A stretch of 33,394 nucleotides of DNA, taken from positions 11,096,974-11,130,367 of the forward strand of contig JBOZIK010000001.1 in the NCBI GenBank assembly GCA_051453625.1. The letters are read 5' to 3'. The stretch's first letter is position 1. Every line of letters begins with the position of its first letter. The notes beneath the pieces are model-generated. The model was not told where the DNA came from. It worked only from the letters and a program-made list of their open reading frames with translations, and ran no database searches. The position numbers and the translations under genes are program-made. Source of the stretch: Welwitschia mirabilis (taxonomy: Eukaryota). Below are positions 11,117-23,400 of the stretch, in pieces.

Positions 11117-14100
11117 TTAAGTGTAGCTCCAGAGATGCACTAGTTTCTAAGCTTGCTTAGATTATGTATCCAAGTGTATGCCATGACAACATAACTAATG
11201 TTTATCTCCTATAATAGCCTTGGTCAAAAAATCTAGATGATTCGCCTGTGTTGGATTTTATGAGCATCTAACTTCTTCTCCTCCAATGCTTCCCTACTGA
11301 AGTGATACCTCATGTCAATGTGCTTCATCCAAGCATGGTAGGTATCATTCTTTGCTAAATAAATGGCACTCTTACTATTATAATAAATCACATATTACTA
11401 CTATTTCAACTTAAACTAGTCAAGTAAACATCTTAGCTAGATCATTTCTTTAGTTGCCTCTGTCATAGCTATGTACTCTACTTTCATGGTTGACAAAGCT
11501 ACATCTCTTTATAAATGATACATCCAACAAACAGGATCATCTCCCATTAAGAAAACATAACCAGTAGTGGACTTTCTTATAGTTTTACACCAGGCATAAT
11601 TAGCATACACATAACTAGTAGCATCTAATCTAGTATGACCAAAACTTAGGCAAAAATTCTGTGTACCTTTCAAATAGCGTAAGATCCATTTTATAGCTCC
11701 CCAATGCTTTGGGTTAGGGTTACTTATGAAATAAGAGACAACTCCCACTGCATATAAAATATTTGATATTATATAGACCATAGCATATATCAAGCTTCCA
11801 ATAGCTGAAACATAAGGAACTATTTCCATTCTTTTCTATTCTTCTTTTGTTTTTGGATAATTCTTCAATTGAAAGTGACTTGTTAATGGTGTTCTAACTA
11901 TCCCTAAAAATTTTCATTCTAAGATTCTATTTTGTAGGGCTCAAATCCTTAATTATAAAGTGTTTTTCCATCTCCTTTTTCAGTCTCTTAATTTCTTGTA
12001 TGTCATTTTCAGCAATAAGCATATCATCAACATACAACAGTAAAATAATAATCTTACTAGAAGCCTATGCTAGAGATAATTAGAGTGATCTACATCACTT
12101 CTCCTGTATATTTGTTCCTACATGAAGTTATCAAATTTCTTATACCTTTTCCTCAGTGCCTATTTCAAATCATACAAACTTTTGTTCAACCTACAGACCA
12201 AGTTCTTCTTCTTAGTTTCAAAACCTTTAGGCAATTTCATATAAATATCTTCTTCAAAATTACCATGTAGAAACATAGTCTTAATATCCAACTACTCTAA
12301 GTCCAAATTCAAGATAGTAACAATAAACAAAATAATATGAATAGAAGAATCCTTTACTAGTGGAGAAAAAATTTTAATGAAATCAATACTTGGTTTGTGC
12401 CCAAAATGTTTTACAACTAATCTTGTCATGTAATGTTCTTTTTCATTTGTCTCTTTCTTTATCTTAAAGATTCATCTATTGGACAAGGTACATTTCCCAT
12501 CTAGTAATAGAACCACATCTTATGTATCATTATGTCTTAAAGAATTCAACTCTTCTTTCATTATATCATTCCACTTCTTTGAGTTAAATGAAGAAACAGC
12601 TTCTTGATATGTCTCATGTTCTCCTTTATCTATGTACAAAATATAATGCAATGATGGAAAATATCTAATAGGTTCTCTATTAGGATGAGTAAACCTTCTT
12701 ATCCAATGTGCAGGAGCATGAGGCTCTCCTTCATCTTCACCTTCTGAAAGATCAGGTTGTGGTAGTTTAGATGGATTATTTTCATCTCCACCATCCTTAT
12801 CATCAAAAGGATTACTGCCTTTACCATCTTTATCATGATGTAGAATTTTAAAATTCTTTTGCAAAGAATTAGAGTTAGGAACTCCCTCTTTTTAGTTCTC
12901 TTCTAGTAACTTGTAAAATATTTATTATTCAAAAAAGACCACATCATGTGATCTAATCACCTTCTTATCCACTAGATTCCATAATCCTAACTAAGATTAT
13001 CACATTCATAACCTAGAAAAATGCACCTCCATGCATGTCCATTTAGTTTTCCTGTGTTCTACTAATGTGCATATGCTTCATAGCCAAACACCTTTTAGTG
13101 AGAAAAAGATAGCTATATCCCACTCCACATGGGCTCTGGTATTCCTCCTTGAAGTGCTGAATGTGATGACTTATTTATAAGATATGTAGTTATATTGTCT
13201 TCTTTAGCCTAAAGATGTTTTAAAACTTCAGATTACTATAATAATGAATATAATCTTTCTAAAATAGTTCTATAATATCTTTTAGCCACTTCATTATTTT
13301 AAGAGATATATATAAGTATGTTTGTATGAACAATTCCATTTTCTCTGTAAAACATCTTTATGAGAGGTGTATTCGCCTCCATTATCTATCACTAAGTATT
13401 TGATTTTATAACTTAATTTATTTTCCACTATAGCTTTAAATTGTTTGAAGATATCAAAGACTCTATCTTTTGAGATAATTAGAAATAACCAAGTTTTTTG
13501 ATTAAAGTTGTCAATAAAAGTAACAAAATACGATGCTCCATGAAAAGACTTCACTATCATAGGCCCAAAAACATTGGAATAAACTAAATCTAACTTTTTG
13601 GTGCTTTTATTTTTAGAAATGGATTTCTTAAATTTTACACATTTTGCTTTTATGATAGCATAATCCTTATAGAAATGTAAAAAAACAAAGTTAAACTGCT
13701 AGAATCAAGTTTTTAGAACTCAGAATCTTTATGTCAGTTTCACTGAGATGTCCAAGTCTATTATGCCATAGAGATACGTCCTTATTGCTAGCAATAACTA
13801 CACTGTGCTATAACTCATCAATGTGTACAAAATTCCTTATTTCTATCCTTGTGCTAACATCATGGCACTTTTATTACCTTCTAGCCACCTACGCCAAATA
13901 AGATTAAACAACTAGCAGCATCTAATTGACTTACTAAGATTAAGTTTTTAGTAAGTTAAGGCATATATCTAACATCCTAGAGAAACAATTGTCTGCCATC
14001 GCTTCCTTTCAGCATTACAGACCCAATTCTTTTGATCTTACAATGTTAATTATTCCCCAGATACACATACTTCTCTAAAACTTTGTTATATGAAGAAAAC

Positions 14101-15052
14101 ATTGAAACATCTAGGCAGACATGAAAAGAAGCATCAAAATCCAAAATCCAAACATTAGGGTAAGAGTATTGAGAAACGTTTATCTCCTGTACATCTACAA
14201 TTAACACAACATCAGCATCTCCTTTAACATTCAACCCTTTTCCTCCTTTCTGGTTCCATTGATTACCTTCTTCTTTTTGTTTACACTTATTTTTCAAGCT
14301 GTAGTAGTCCTTTTGTAGATGACCTTTGTTCTTATAGTACCAACATTCAATGCTTCTATTGATAGATTTTTCTTTACTCTTACTTTGCTAACATCCTTCT
14401 TCTCTGGTCTGAGAACGTCCTCTATAAACAACAAGGGATTCTCCAACAAACTCAATAGCCTTAGTCTTGTACAAATCTAGAAGCTTTAAGATTATAGTAT
14501 TTAGGCATGACATAGTATCTGAGGTAGTCATCAGGATCTATGAATAGTCTTCTAAGAATCAAGCAAGGAACTGAGAATTACTATTACCCTTAAGTTTTCT
14601 TCAAACATCACCCTTAGGTCATCTAACTATGTGAAGAGGCCATTCATCTCATCTGAGTATGCTTACAATGATGCACCTTTTTTCATCTTCATCTTGAATA
14701 CCTTGTTAATAGCATAAAATTAATTCATGATAAAAGGTTGTTCATACCTCTACATCAAAATTTATCATAGTTTAGTTGTTGTAAAAATATTGCTATGAGA
14801 TTGAAGAATCCTATTGCTAAGGCATGGTCATAACAATGAAAGCACCCTTTTGTCAAGTTTCTTTCACTCTTTCTTAGGGTACTTTTTTAGCCATTCTATA
14901 TCAAAAAGTCTAGATGCTACATTCTCATCTACTTTTGTCTTTAGAACAATGTTACATTACTTATAGTAAAGGATGTCTTCCATCAGAATCTTCCATATGT
15001 GTCAGTTCTTAACTCCGATTAGTTAGTCACTTATTTTCAAATGTCCCATCAT
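11117..15052 (-). pseudogene. gag-pol: Copia gag-pol pseudogene
   Basis: N-terminal N*HIWKILMEDIL; zinc knuckle CWYYKNKGHLQKDY (~14305-14345); protease WILDFDASFHVC; LWHNRLGHLSE; integrase YFVTFIDNF and DNGGEY; RT LLYVDDMLIA (~12015-12045) and VPYVSAIGSLIYAMV; RNase H RKSTTGYVF and KHIDMRYHF. Confidence 0.94.
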
Positions 15053-15229
15053 TATTTAACTATATGACCATATGGAAGGATGTCAAATACATTGTATGAA
15101 TGTTCAAAAATTTTAAGCATGCGCTTTGTGCATGAAAGCTTACTCCATTATGCTCCACAACCTCCACTCCACTCACAGGGTTTAGGGATACAAATCTTAT
15201 CACCAAAGCCTGTAAGCTCCAAATCTAAT

Positions 15230-15241
15230 GCTCTAAAACCA
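15230..15241 (-). promoter_or_regulatory. Copia primer binding site (initiator tRNA-Met type, degenerate)
   Basis: Minus strand reads TGGTTTTAGAGC versus consensus TGGTATCAGAGC, 2 nt from the 5' LTR. Confidence 0.85.
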
Positions 15242-15243
15242 AG

Positions 15244-15698
15244 TGTTATGTAAATACATAATAGTAAAGCTAGTACATAATGTAGAAAGAAAACATGAAG
15301 ACACAAGGATTTACATGGAAAACCTCAATAAGGGGAAAAGCCATGGAAATCAATGCAAAGATCTATTATCTTCTTAAAGAGTATAAGCCAAGAATAGGCT
15401 TTAAGCCAATAACAGGATTTAGGAAAGAATGCCTCATAAAACTCTATCAACTCTCTATCTTATAAATAAAAAACCCTCATACCACCATTAAATAGGTCAA
15501 GAATTACAACCAATTAGGATTACAAGCTAAAACCCTAGAGAGGGTATCATCCCTCTTTTGACACATGTCCCATATCTACCTAACACACCCAAGGATGGTT
15601 TAAAATAGAATCCTCCTTTTACATATTAAAATGGATCTAATGTAAAACATAAAATTAGGGACATTATAAAATAATAAAATTGTCTTCACATATTAACA
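15244..15698 (-). repeat. Copia 5' LTR
   Basis: TGTTATGTAAATAC...CACATATTAACA; roughly 83-85% identical by eye to 10631-11084 over the first ~170 bp. Confidence 0.95.
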
Positions 15699-15703
15699 AT
15701 ACG

Positions 15704-18526
15704 ATCTAAGTGTTTATAGGAAATGGAAGGAGGGTTTTGTTAAATATCACTTCATTATGAGTATGCCATATCTATCATAGCATCAGTTATATTCCATTCT
15801 TTAAGAATGTCTCAGATGAATTTCTAGATTTGTAATAACTAGTCATTAATTTCATTAAGTTAGAGCTCCATTTACATCAATGAAGTAAGTGTTGTACATC
15901 TTCTTGACTTGATTGGTAGATTAGATAGTTGAAAGCAACCTAGATGCCACATTTAAGCAATTGGTTGCTTATCAGAATCTGATTATGGTCTTCAACTCAT
16001 AGAAAATCTTAATTTTATCCAGAATTTACTCCCTCCAAAAAATTTTTTAGGCCTTATTTTTTCCTTGTTTCTTAATAAGTTCATTTTGGTTGTGTCATCA
16101 TTACGGGTGTTTAGCTCCATTAGGTTTCTTCTAATATTGCAAAGATATTTTTTAAGGTAGGACTTCCATTCTTCTTTGTTCCTTATAGGATACTTATAGC
16201 TGATCAGATTGCTCAAAGATTGACCACCCTTAAGAAGTCTTTTAAGGATTATATGTGCTCTGGTTAGTAAACAATCCTCTGGCTTGAGAATTTGCCAAAC
16301 TCTTGCCTCTCTAAGGTGAGCAATGAGCTTTTATTTCCAAAGGTGAATGTGTCTTCTGTTTTGATCTCCCGACCAAATGAAGTCCTTTAAAATTTTTTTG
16401 CTTATTTTGATGATAAATTTTAAAGGGGTAATTACAAAGGCAATGTACCTAAGTAAAGATATCATGTAGATATTTGTAAGAATAATCTCAGCTTTGAAGG
16501 AAAGAAATTTATTCTCACAGGCATTGCATTTTATTTAAATTGATTCTAGGATTAAATTCTAGGTCAAAAACTTATACCAATTTTTAAGAGGGATTTCAAG
16601 GTAGATGTCTTGAAGGTCTCCCATTTTAGCATTTAAAATTCTAATGATATCATTCCTTCTAATAATGCTTTTACCCATAATGTGGATTTTAGACTTATTT
16701 TAGTTAGTTCAAAGTCCCTTAGCATCTGCAAAGAGATTCATGGAGTTCTTTATATCTCTAGCTTGCTCGCAAGAGACTTGAGTCATAATAATTGTGTTGT
16801 TAGTGAAGTTGTTATGAATGAACATTTGGATTTCTATTTTAATACCTGTGGCTTTTATTACTTCTAAAAAATGCCTAAATATTCATAATAAATAAAAAGA
16901 GGTATGAGATTAATGGATGCCTTTACCTTAATCCTTAACCTATTAAAAAATATTTAGATCTAAGACTATTAACTTCTACTCTAAACTCAGTAGAAGCTTA
17001 TATGTCTAGCCATAAGTTGGTGGTGTCTAGATTAAAACTGATTTTTCTAAGACTAAACTCAAAGGCTTGTTAGCTAATATACTCATAAACCTTTGCTATT
17101 TCTAACTTAGTAATGAGTAAAGGAAACTTATACTTTCTGATAAAATGAATATTTCATGAATTAGGAATATTTAATTCTTAATGTACCTAGATTGAATGAA
17201 TTTAGCTTGGTTCCTAAAGATCACTTTGAAAAGTAATGGAGTAATACCACCTACCATTATTTTTTAAAAGATCTTGTATAGAATGTTACAAATGCCTAGT
17301 GGTCTGTAGTCTTCTAGTTTACTGATATCCTGCTTTTGGGAACAAGGACAATCCTAGTTCTATTCATTTCCCCCAAAATGCATTTATTATTAAGGATATA
17401 TTGCATTACATTATGAAGGTTGTCTCCCATAATAGGGAAGTAGGTCTTAAAAAGTTCTATTGGCCAGCCGTCTGGCCGTAGAGCTCTCTTGTACTTCATG
17501 GATCTCAAAGTTATCTGAACTTCTTCTCTGACTAGTGGCTTAATTAGATGAGCATTGTCCTCATTAGAAATTCTCTTATCTTCTAAAATAAAGTTAAGGG
17601 TGATACCTTTCCAATTACTTGCTCCCTAACAGTAAGCTTCCTTATTTTGTTATCTGCCCTATGCTGGTTATCTTGCTAAAAGAAAAATTTTGTGTGTCTA
17701 TCTTCTTCTTTGAGCCACTTAATCTTAGATCTTTTCCTCCAATAATGCTTCTCATCTACATTTATTTTTTAAAGTTATATAAGGCATTTATAGATAGACC
17801 TAGTTTCTTTCACTTTTTTACTTAATTTGAATTTTTTGTAATACTTCCTCTATCTCCTTTTTTTATTTGAAATATTTTCTTGTTCTTCCTTCTCCAATCC
17901 CTAATGTAAGGCTTAAGGGTGTTTAAGCCTCTATAAAGGAAATCAAAAGGGAGAATACCATTAGATTAATTTTATATCTTCTTAACTATTATTCAAATCT
18001 CTTCCTTCATTATCCAATATCCCTCCATCTGAAAGAAGGCTCTGGGGGATGTAATCATTTCTATTCTAAATCTAATTAGTTAGTATTTGGAGGTCATTTT
18101 GTTTAGACCTCATACTTCAATTAGTAGCTTAGCTATGTCCTTTCTAGCCAAGATTCTATCTATTCTGGACATCACCTAGTTATCTCTCATTCTCCTATTG
18201 GACTATGTATATTTGCATCCTATAAGTGGTATGTCTGAGAGTACATTTTACACCATAAAATCTCTAAGGATTATTACTCCTCTGCTGTTTCATTTTTTAC
18301 CCCCTATTTTCTCCTATCATGGAAGTCATTGAGTAATATTCTCCACAACTAACCATTTGGCCTTATCCACTACTAAACTCTAAAGGTCCTTTAGCATAGA
18401 GGCTTTGTCTAAATTATTCTAAGAACTATAAACATTTGTGATAGTTTATCCTTCTTTCTTCAAGTAGATTGTTAGATGATTTTTGCTACTATTAACTAGC
18501 TCTACCTCATTTTTCATGAGGATCAT
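15704..18526 (-). pseudogene. L1-type LINE ORF2, main fragment (APE endonuclease C-half, reverse transcriptase, zf-RVT)
   Basis: EN motifs YT*SNRR and MSRIDRILA (~18145-18172). RT motifs ALRPDGWPIELFK, MNRTRIVLVPK, DYRPLGICNILYKI (~17270-17312), KLEIAKVYE, FTNNTII (from FADD; ~16790-16808) and YLEIP. Decayed zf-RVT near 15870-15930, then IWHTHNEVIFNK. Confidence 0.92.
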
Positions 18527-19626
18527 TGTTGCAGTACGTATTTGTGCAAACAATTTAAGCTTAAGAAGATCATGTCATTCATAAATAAAATAGATATCTG
18601 CATAATACAATATACTAATATAGATAGGAGTTGATCTAAATGTCATAATCTGTCAAAGGCCTAGGCTAGAGAAAGAGAATTGATTTCCATAAAAAACACT
18701 TTGTATTCTATCAGCAGAAATAAATTGCAATGCATAGAAAACAGTGCAATACATTTATGCAAAGTTAATTTAGAAATAAAAAAGAATAATGTATCTAAAC
18801 TAATAATGCTCAACCTTGACAGAGGTTGTTCTCATAACCTATATCACTCAAGAAACTATCATTAAATCAAGATAAACATAAACTATGAGGGATAATAACA
18901 AATAAACATAGAAAAAAAAATTGAATCTTTGTATTAATTGAACCACATCTATGTTACAAGCTAGCCGCACGTCAATAGAGGAATCATAGCCCAACACCAA
19001 GGAAGACATCTCTTTGTAACTATGAAGGATGGATCTCCAGCCTTTTGATCTCTTATTATGAGAATTTCTCATGTAAGTGAAGACCAAATAGGGTTCAGAT
19101 TAGGATCAATGCTTATTAACACAAAGTAAACAATAACAAGATAGATAGACAGGCATGGGCATAACCCTAATGATCATGCTAAAAAAACATACAACCCAGT
19201 GGTAGAAGTTAGGTGAATGTTTAATGGGACATTACAATAGATGTTGTCCTATTGATCATCCAGAAAATATAGAGGATAATGCTACCTCATAATAATCCAC
19301 GTCACTACTAGATTAATCATAGTTAGCATCCTCATTTGCCTTAATTATTATACCATTCATACTATTGTCTAGATGATTAGATGAATGATGGGCTTTAACA
19401 AGTATTCCTCCAATGCATCAGCCTTAATGTTTTATAGGAAATCTGTCTCAGACATAGGAAGAATTAGAAACTACTCTGAATGCTACAAAATATGATGGAT
19501 ATTGCATATTTTTGTATCTTTCATCTTAGCTCTCCATTATCATGGAAATTTAGCATATACCTATCTAATATCCTACAAAACTACTCAACATATCATATCA
19601 ATTATATGTAAGTGGGTAGCACAATA
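18527..19626 (-). repeat. 3' LTR of Athila B
   Basis: TGTTGCAGTACGTATTTG...GGTAGCACAATA; adjacent to the PPT. Confidence 0.94.
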
Positions 19627-19649
19627 TGTCCCTCCAACTTAACCTTGTC
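19627..19649 (-). promoter_or_regulatory. Polypurine tract of Athila B
   Basis: Minus strand reads GACAAGGTTAAGTTGGAGGGACA directly before the 3' LTR, similar to the Athila AAGTTTGGGGG-type PPT. Confidence 0.75.
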
Positions 19650-19900
19650 AGTCCCTAACAAAACTAGGTAATGAACCATGTTTATGAGTCAATTTATTTA
19701 ATAATAAAAATAGCTAATGTACTAAATAAATTATCTTAGAAAAATTTCCAAAATCTCAGAGCTACCAACTAAATCATGAAAAATCATAAAATTGAATATT
19801 TTACTTGATTTAAAGACTAACCATATCATCGTCTGGGTTGTCATCCCAATAATAGAGGATATGATAGACTCAAAAAATTTTCTTGAAAAACAAGACCCTA

Positions 19901-19996
19901 CAACAAAATGTTTTTATACAGATAATCAGTTAATGCATTAAAAGCCTCCAACAAAATGTTTTTATACAGATAATCAGTTAATGCATTAAAAGCCTC
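19901..19996. repeat. Perfect 48-bp tandem duplication
   Basis: CAACAAAATGTTTTTATACAGATAATCAGTTAATGCATTAAAAGCCTC occurs twice (19901-19948, 19949-19996). Confidence 0.95.
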
Positions 19997-20279
19997 CCAC
20001 TAAATTACACACTAATGAATAAAAAGATTACTTAAACAAAATCAATCCTTATTAATCATATGAAAAATATAGATAATCATAAAAATTAGATAAAAATAAA
20101 TATAACAAACTGATTTAAAAATGATATGTATATATAATTAGTGAGTTTTAATACAAAAATACATAGAAGGAGAGATATAAAATATTATAAAAAATCACTC
20201 CCCTCGTCTTCACATGATAAATTCTATCTAGGCAGCTGGTTTAAATGCAGAGGAAGAAGAAAAAAGATGCTTAGAATCA

Positions 20280-20379
20280 NNNNNNNNNNNNNNNNNNNNN
20301 NNNNNNNNNNNNNNNNNNNNNNNNNNNNNNNNNNNNNNNNNNNNNNNNNNNNNNNNNNNNNNNNNNNNNNNNNNNNNNN
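20280..20379. other. Assembly gap (100 N, probably unsized)
   Basis: Run of N. Confidence 0.99.
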
Positions 20380-20449
20380 AATACATAAGTTAAGTTTAAA
20401 TGATGATCAAGTAACATCATAACATCCATCAAAGGAATAAGCTAAGAAA

Positions 20450-23400
20450 TAACTTATACAATAATAGGGATAAAGTCCTCTTCATCAAGAAGAACCTTTA
20501 AAACAATTGTTTCTACCATGTTCATGGTTGCATTGAAAGATCCTTCATATAGTTTTGAACATTATTTATTAACTTTTTAAATCTACTTAGTCTTCAAATC
20601 TGGAATCTCAATAGATCCATTATAATTTACTCTCTTTATAAGATAAGGACCTAAAAGATGTACTTTAATATTATATAAGTTATCTTAGTTCAAACTTTTT
20701 ATGAAGTATATTTTTATAATGTTTAAACTTATCTCGGGCTTTATAGATTAATTAATGATGTATAGCATGAGTTTGTTCTTATCAAAGTGGTCTAATTAGG
20801 CTAATCTATGTTTAAGATTTTTATGAAGATCTATAAGATTAAGTTAATGAGGAGCATGATAAGAGTTATAGCACACATCAATAGGTAAAGTACAAACTTT
20901 ACTGTATATAAATTCATAAGGTGAAAAACTAAGAGAAGTACATCAAGTAATAAAGTAAGCCCAAAAAACATCATTAAGCTTAGAAGCCTTAAATTTCTTA
21001 TTCATAATGACAAGTTTTTATAAAATTTTTTTAATTTCTCTATTTGCATTTTTAGCCTATTCATTAGTTTAAGGATGAGAAGCATAAGCTACTCTATGTT
21101 CTATTCCAATGAAAAAAAGAAGTTTTCTAAAAATCTAATTAATAAAATGAGTTTCTTGATCACTAATGATAATTCTAGAAAAATTAAATCTCTAAAAAAT
21201 ATAAGTTTTAAGAAAATGAAAAATAGTTTGGGCATCATTCGAAGAAGTGGAAATTGCTTCAATCCCTTTAGTCACATAATCTATGGCTTAAAATGAAATG
21301 TTTATCATGATAAAGTAGGTGAATAGGGCCTATGAAATCAATACCCTAATAGTCAAAAGGTTCACATTCAAGAATAGATCTAAGGGGCATCTCTTGAACA
21401 CAATTAAGGCTATTATAATGCCGACAAAAATTACACATTCTAGTAAAATCAAAAGAATCCTGAAAAAGAGTTGACCAATAAAAACCAGAATGAAGAATTT
21501 TCATAGACATTTTCTGTCCACTAAAATAACCTCTATAAACATCACCATGACAAAGATGAAAGATTTCAGGATTTTTCTAATTAGGCATATATTTTCATAT
21601 AGTTTGGTCTTTACAACTATGGTACAAATATGGCTTTATCCACTTATAGTTACCTATTTTATGGAGAAAAGATTTACATTAATTATAAGTCCAATATTAT
21701 GGTCTTTTCATGGTTACAAGGTAATTAACAATATCTACATACCAATGAGGATCATGAGTAGAAGATATAGCAAAAGGTTACTTATCTGGAAAAGAATCAT
21801 CAATAACAGAATCATTAGGAGGAGAAGAAAGACAAGACAAATGATCAGTAATACAATTATTCTTCCCTGTTTTATCTATGATGGTCAAATTAAACTTTTT
21901 CATAAAGAGGATCTATCTAATCAATCTAGCACTAGAATCTTTCTTATCCATAAGGTAACAAATAGTATCATGATTAGTACAAACATTTGTGTAAAACCCT
22001 AAAAGATAATGTCTGAGTGTATCAAGGAAAACGATGAAGGCTAACATTTCCTTCTTTGTAGTAGTGTAATTAATTTGAGTTCTAGATAAAGATTTACTAT
22101 GATAAGATATAAATTTAAAATCATTTCCATATTTTTAACAAAGTATCCCATCCATAGCAAAATTACTTACATCACGTATTAATTCAAAGTCTTTTTCCCA
22201 ATTGGGTCCCGTTACAATAGGAGCATAAGAAAGTTTATATTTAAGCCTATTAAAAGTAAGCTAACAAGATTCATTTCATTTAAATTTAGTCTCTCTCTAG
22301 TAACAAGTGAAGGAGTTTATAAATATTTATATAATTATGAATAAACTAATAGTAAAAACCACAATGACCAAGAAAAGATCTAACCTATTTTATATTTGTA
22401 GGGAGATTTAGGTTTTGAATAATACCAACTTTTTCGGAATCCATCCTAATACCCTCTTTCAAAATATGATGACCTAAAACAATTCCACTTTCAACTAAAA
22501 TAAACTTTTTTCGTAACTCAAATGTAGGCCACTAGAAATGCAATGATCAAGGACTTTCTATAATCATTCCAATATTTATTCAAAGGTTTCAGCATAAATA
22601 GAGAAGTTATCCATAAAAATTTCAATAGAATCCTCTAGTATATCAGAAAAAATACCCATCATAGTACACTGAAAAGTACCAAAAGCATTACAAAGTCCAA
22701 AAGGCATGTGTTGAAAAGCAAAAGTACCAAAAGGTGAAGTCAAAGTAGTTTTGGCTTGCTCCTCACTGGTAATACAAATCTAGTTGTAACCACTATATCC
22801 ATCAAGAAAATGATAAAAGGCATGTCCCTAAATCCTATCAAGTATCTAATCAAGAAAAGACAAATGACAATGATTATTTTTAATTCCTTTAGTTTTCTAA
22901 AGTCTATGTACATCCTTCATTTTCCATCTTTCTTAGGTATTATCATCAAACGGCTAACCCACTCACTATCATCTATAGCATAAATGACTCTAGCATCTAT
23001 TAATTTTATGATTTCATCTTTAACAACTTACTTAAGGGATATATTAAGTGTATGTTAGAGTTGCATAATAGGTTTTGCATTTTCTTCAAGGTAGATTTTA
23101 TGTTGAACAATTAAGGTAAGAATGGTTGTCAAATCATTATGGGACCAAGAGAATGCATTTATCTTAGATTGTAGAAGAGAGATTAGACTTGATTATTATT
23201 AAGGGAAAAGATTTTTGTTAATTATTAAAGGTTTTATTAAAATCATATTCAAAAAAATTTATTTCAATTTTCTAGATAAGGGTTTCAAATTTATATTTTT
23301 ATTTTCTATTAAATTTTTAAGAAAATGCTCTATTGTCTTAGACTGTCATCCAGACATTAGAAGTGGATGACCATCCTCAAAATATGAAATCTTAGTTTTG

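Larger units (their letters stand above)
10631..15698 (-). mobile_element. Full-length Ty1/copia LTR retrotransposon (Tnt1/Tork-like), decayed
   Basis: Two ~455-bp TGTTA...AACA LTRs, TSD ATACT (10626-10630) / ATACG (15699-15703), PBS, PPT and gag-PR-INT-RT-RH order. Confidence 0.95.

Noticed and set aside
15704..18526. RT region as a retron, group II intron or DGR
   Set aside because: The APE endonuclease, zf-RVT and DUF4283-type ORF1 identify an ordinary plant L1 LINE.
9073..19626. LTRs at 9073-10179 and 18527-19626 as the two ends of one element that captured the LINE and copia
   Set aside because: PBS and PPT face outward. 9073-10179 is the 5' LTR of A (PBS on its left), and 18527-19626 is the 3' LTR of B (PPT on its right, TSD paired with 28859).
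20141..20422. 93-aa ORF
   Set aside because: It spans an N-gap and has no recognisable motif.
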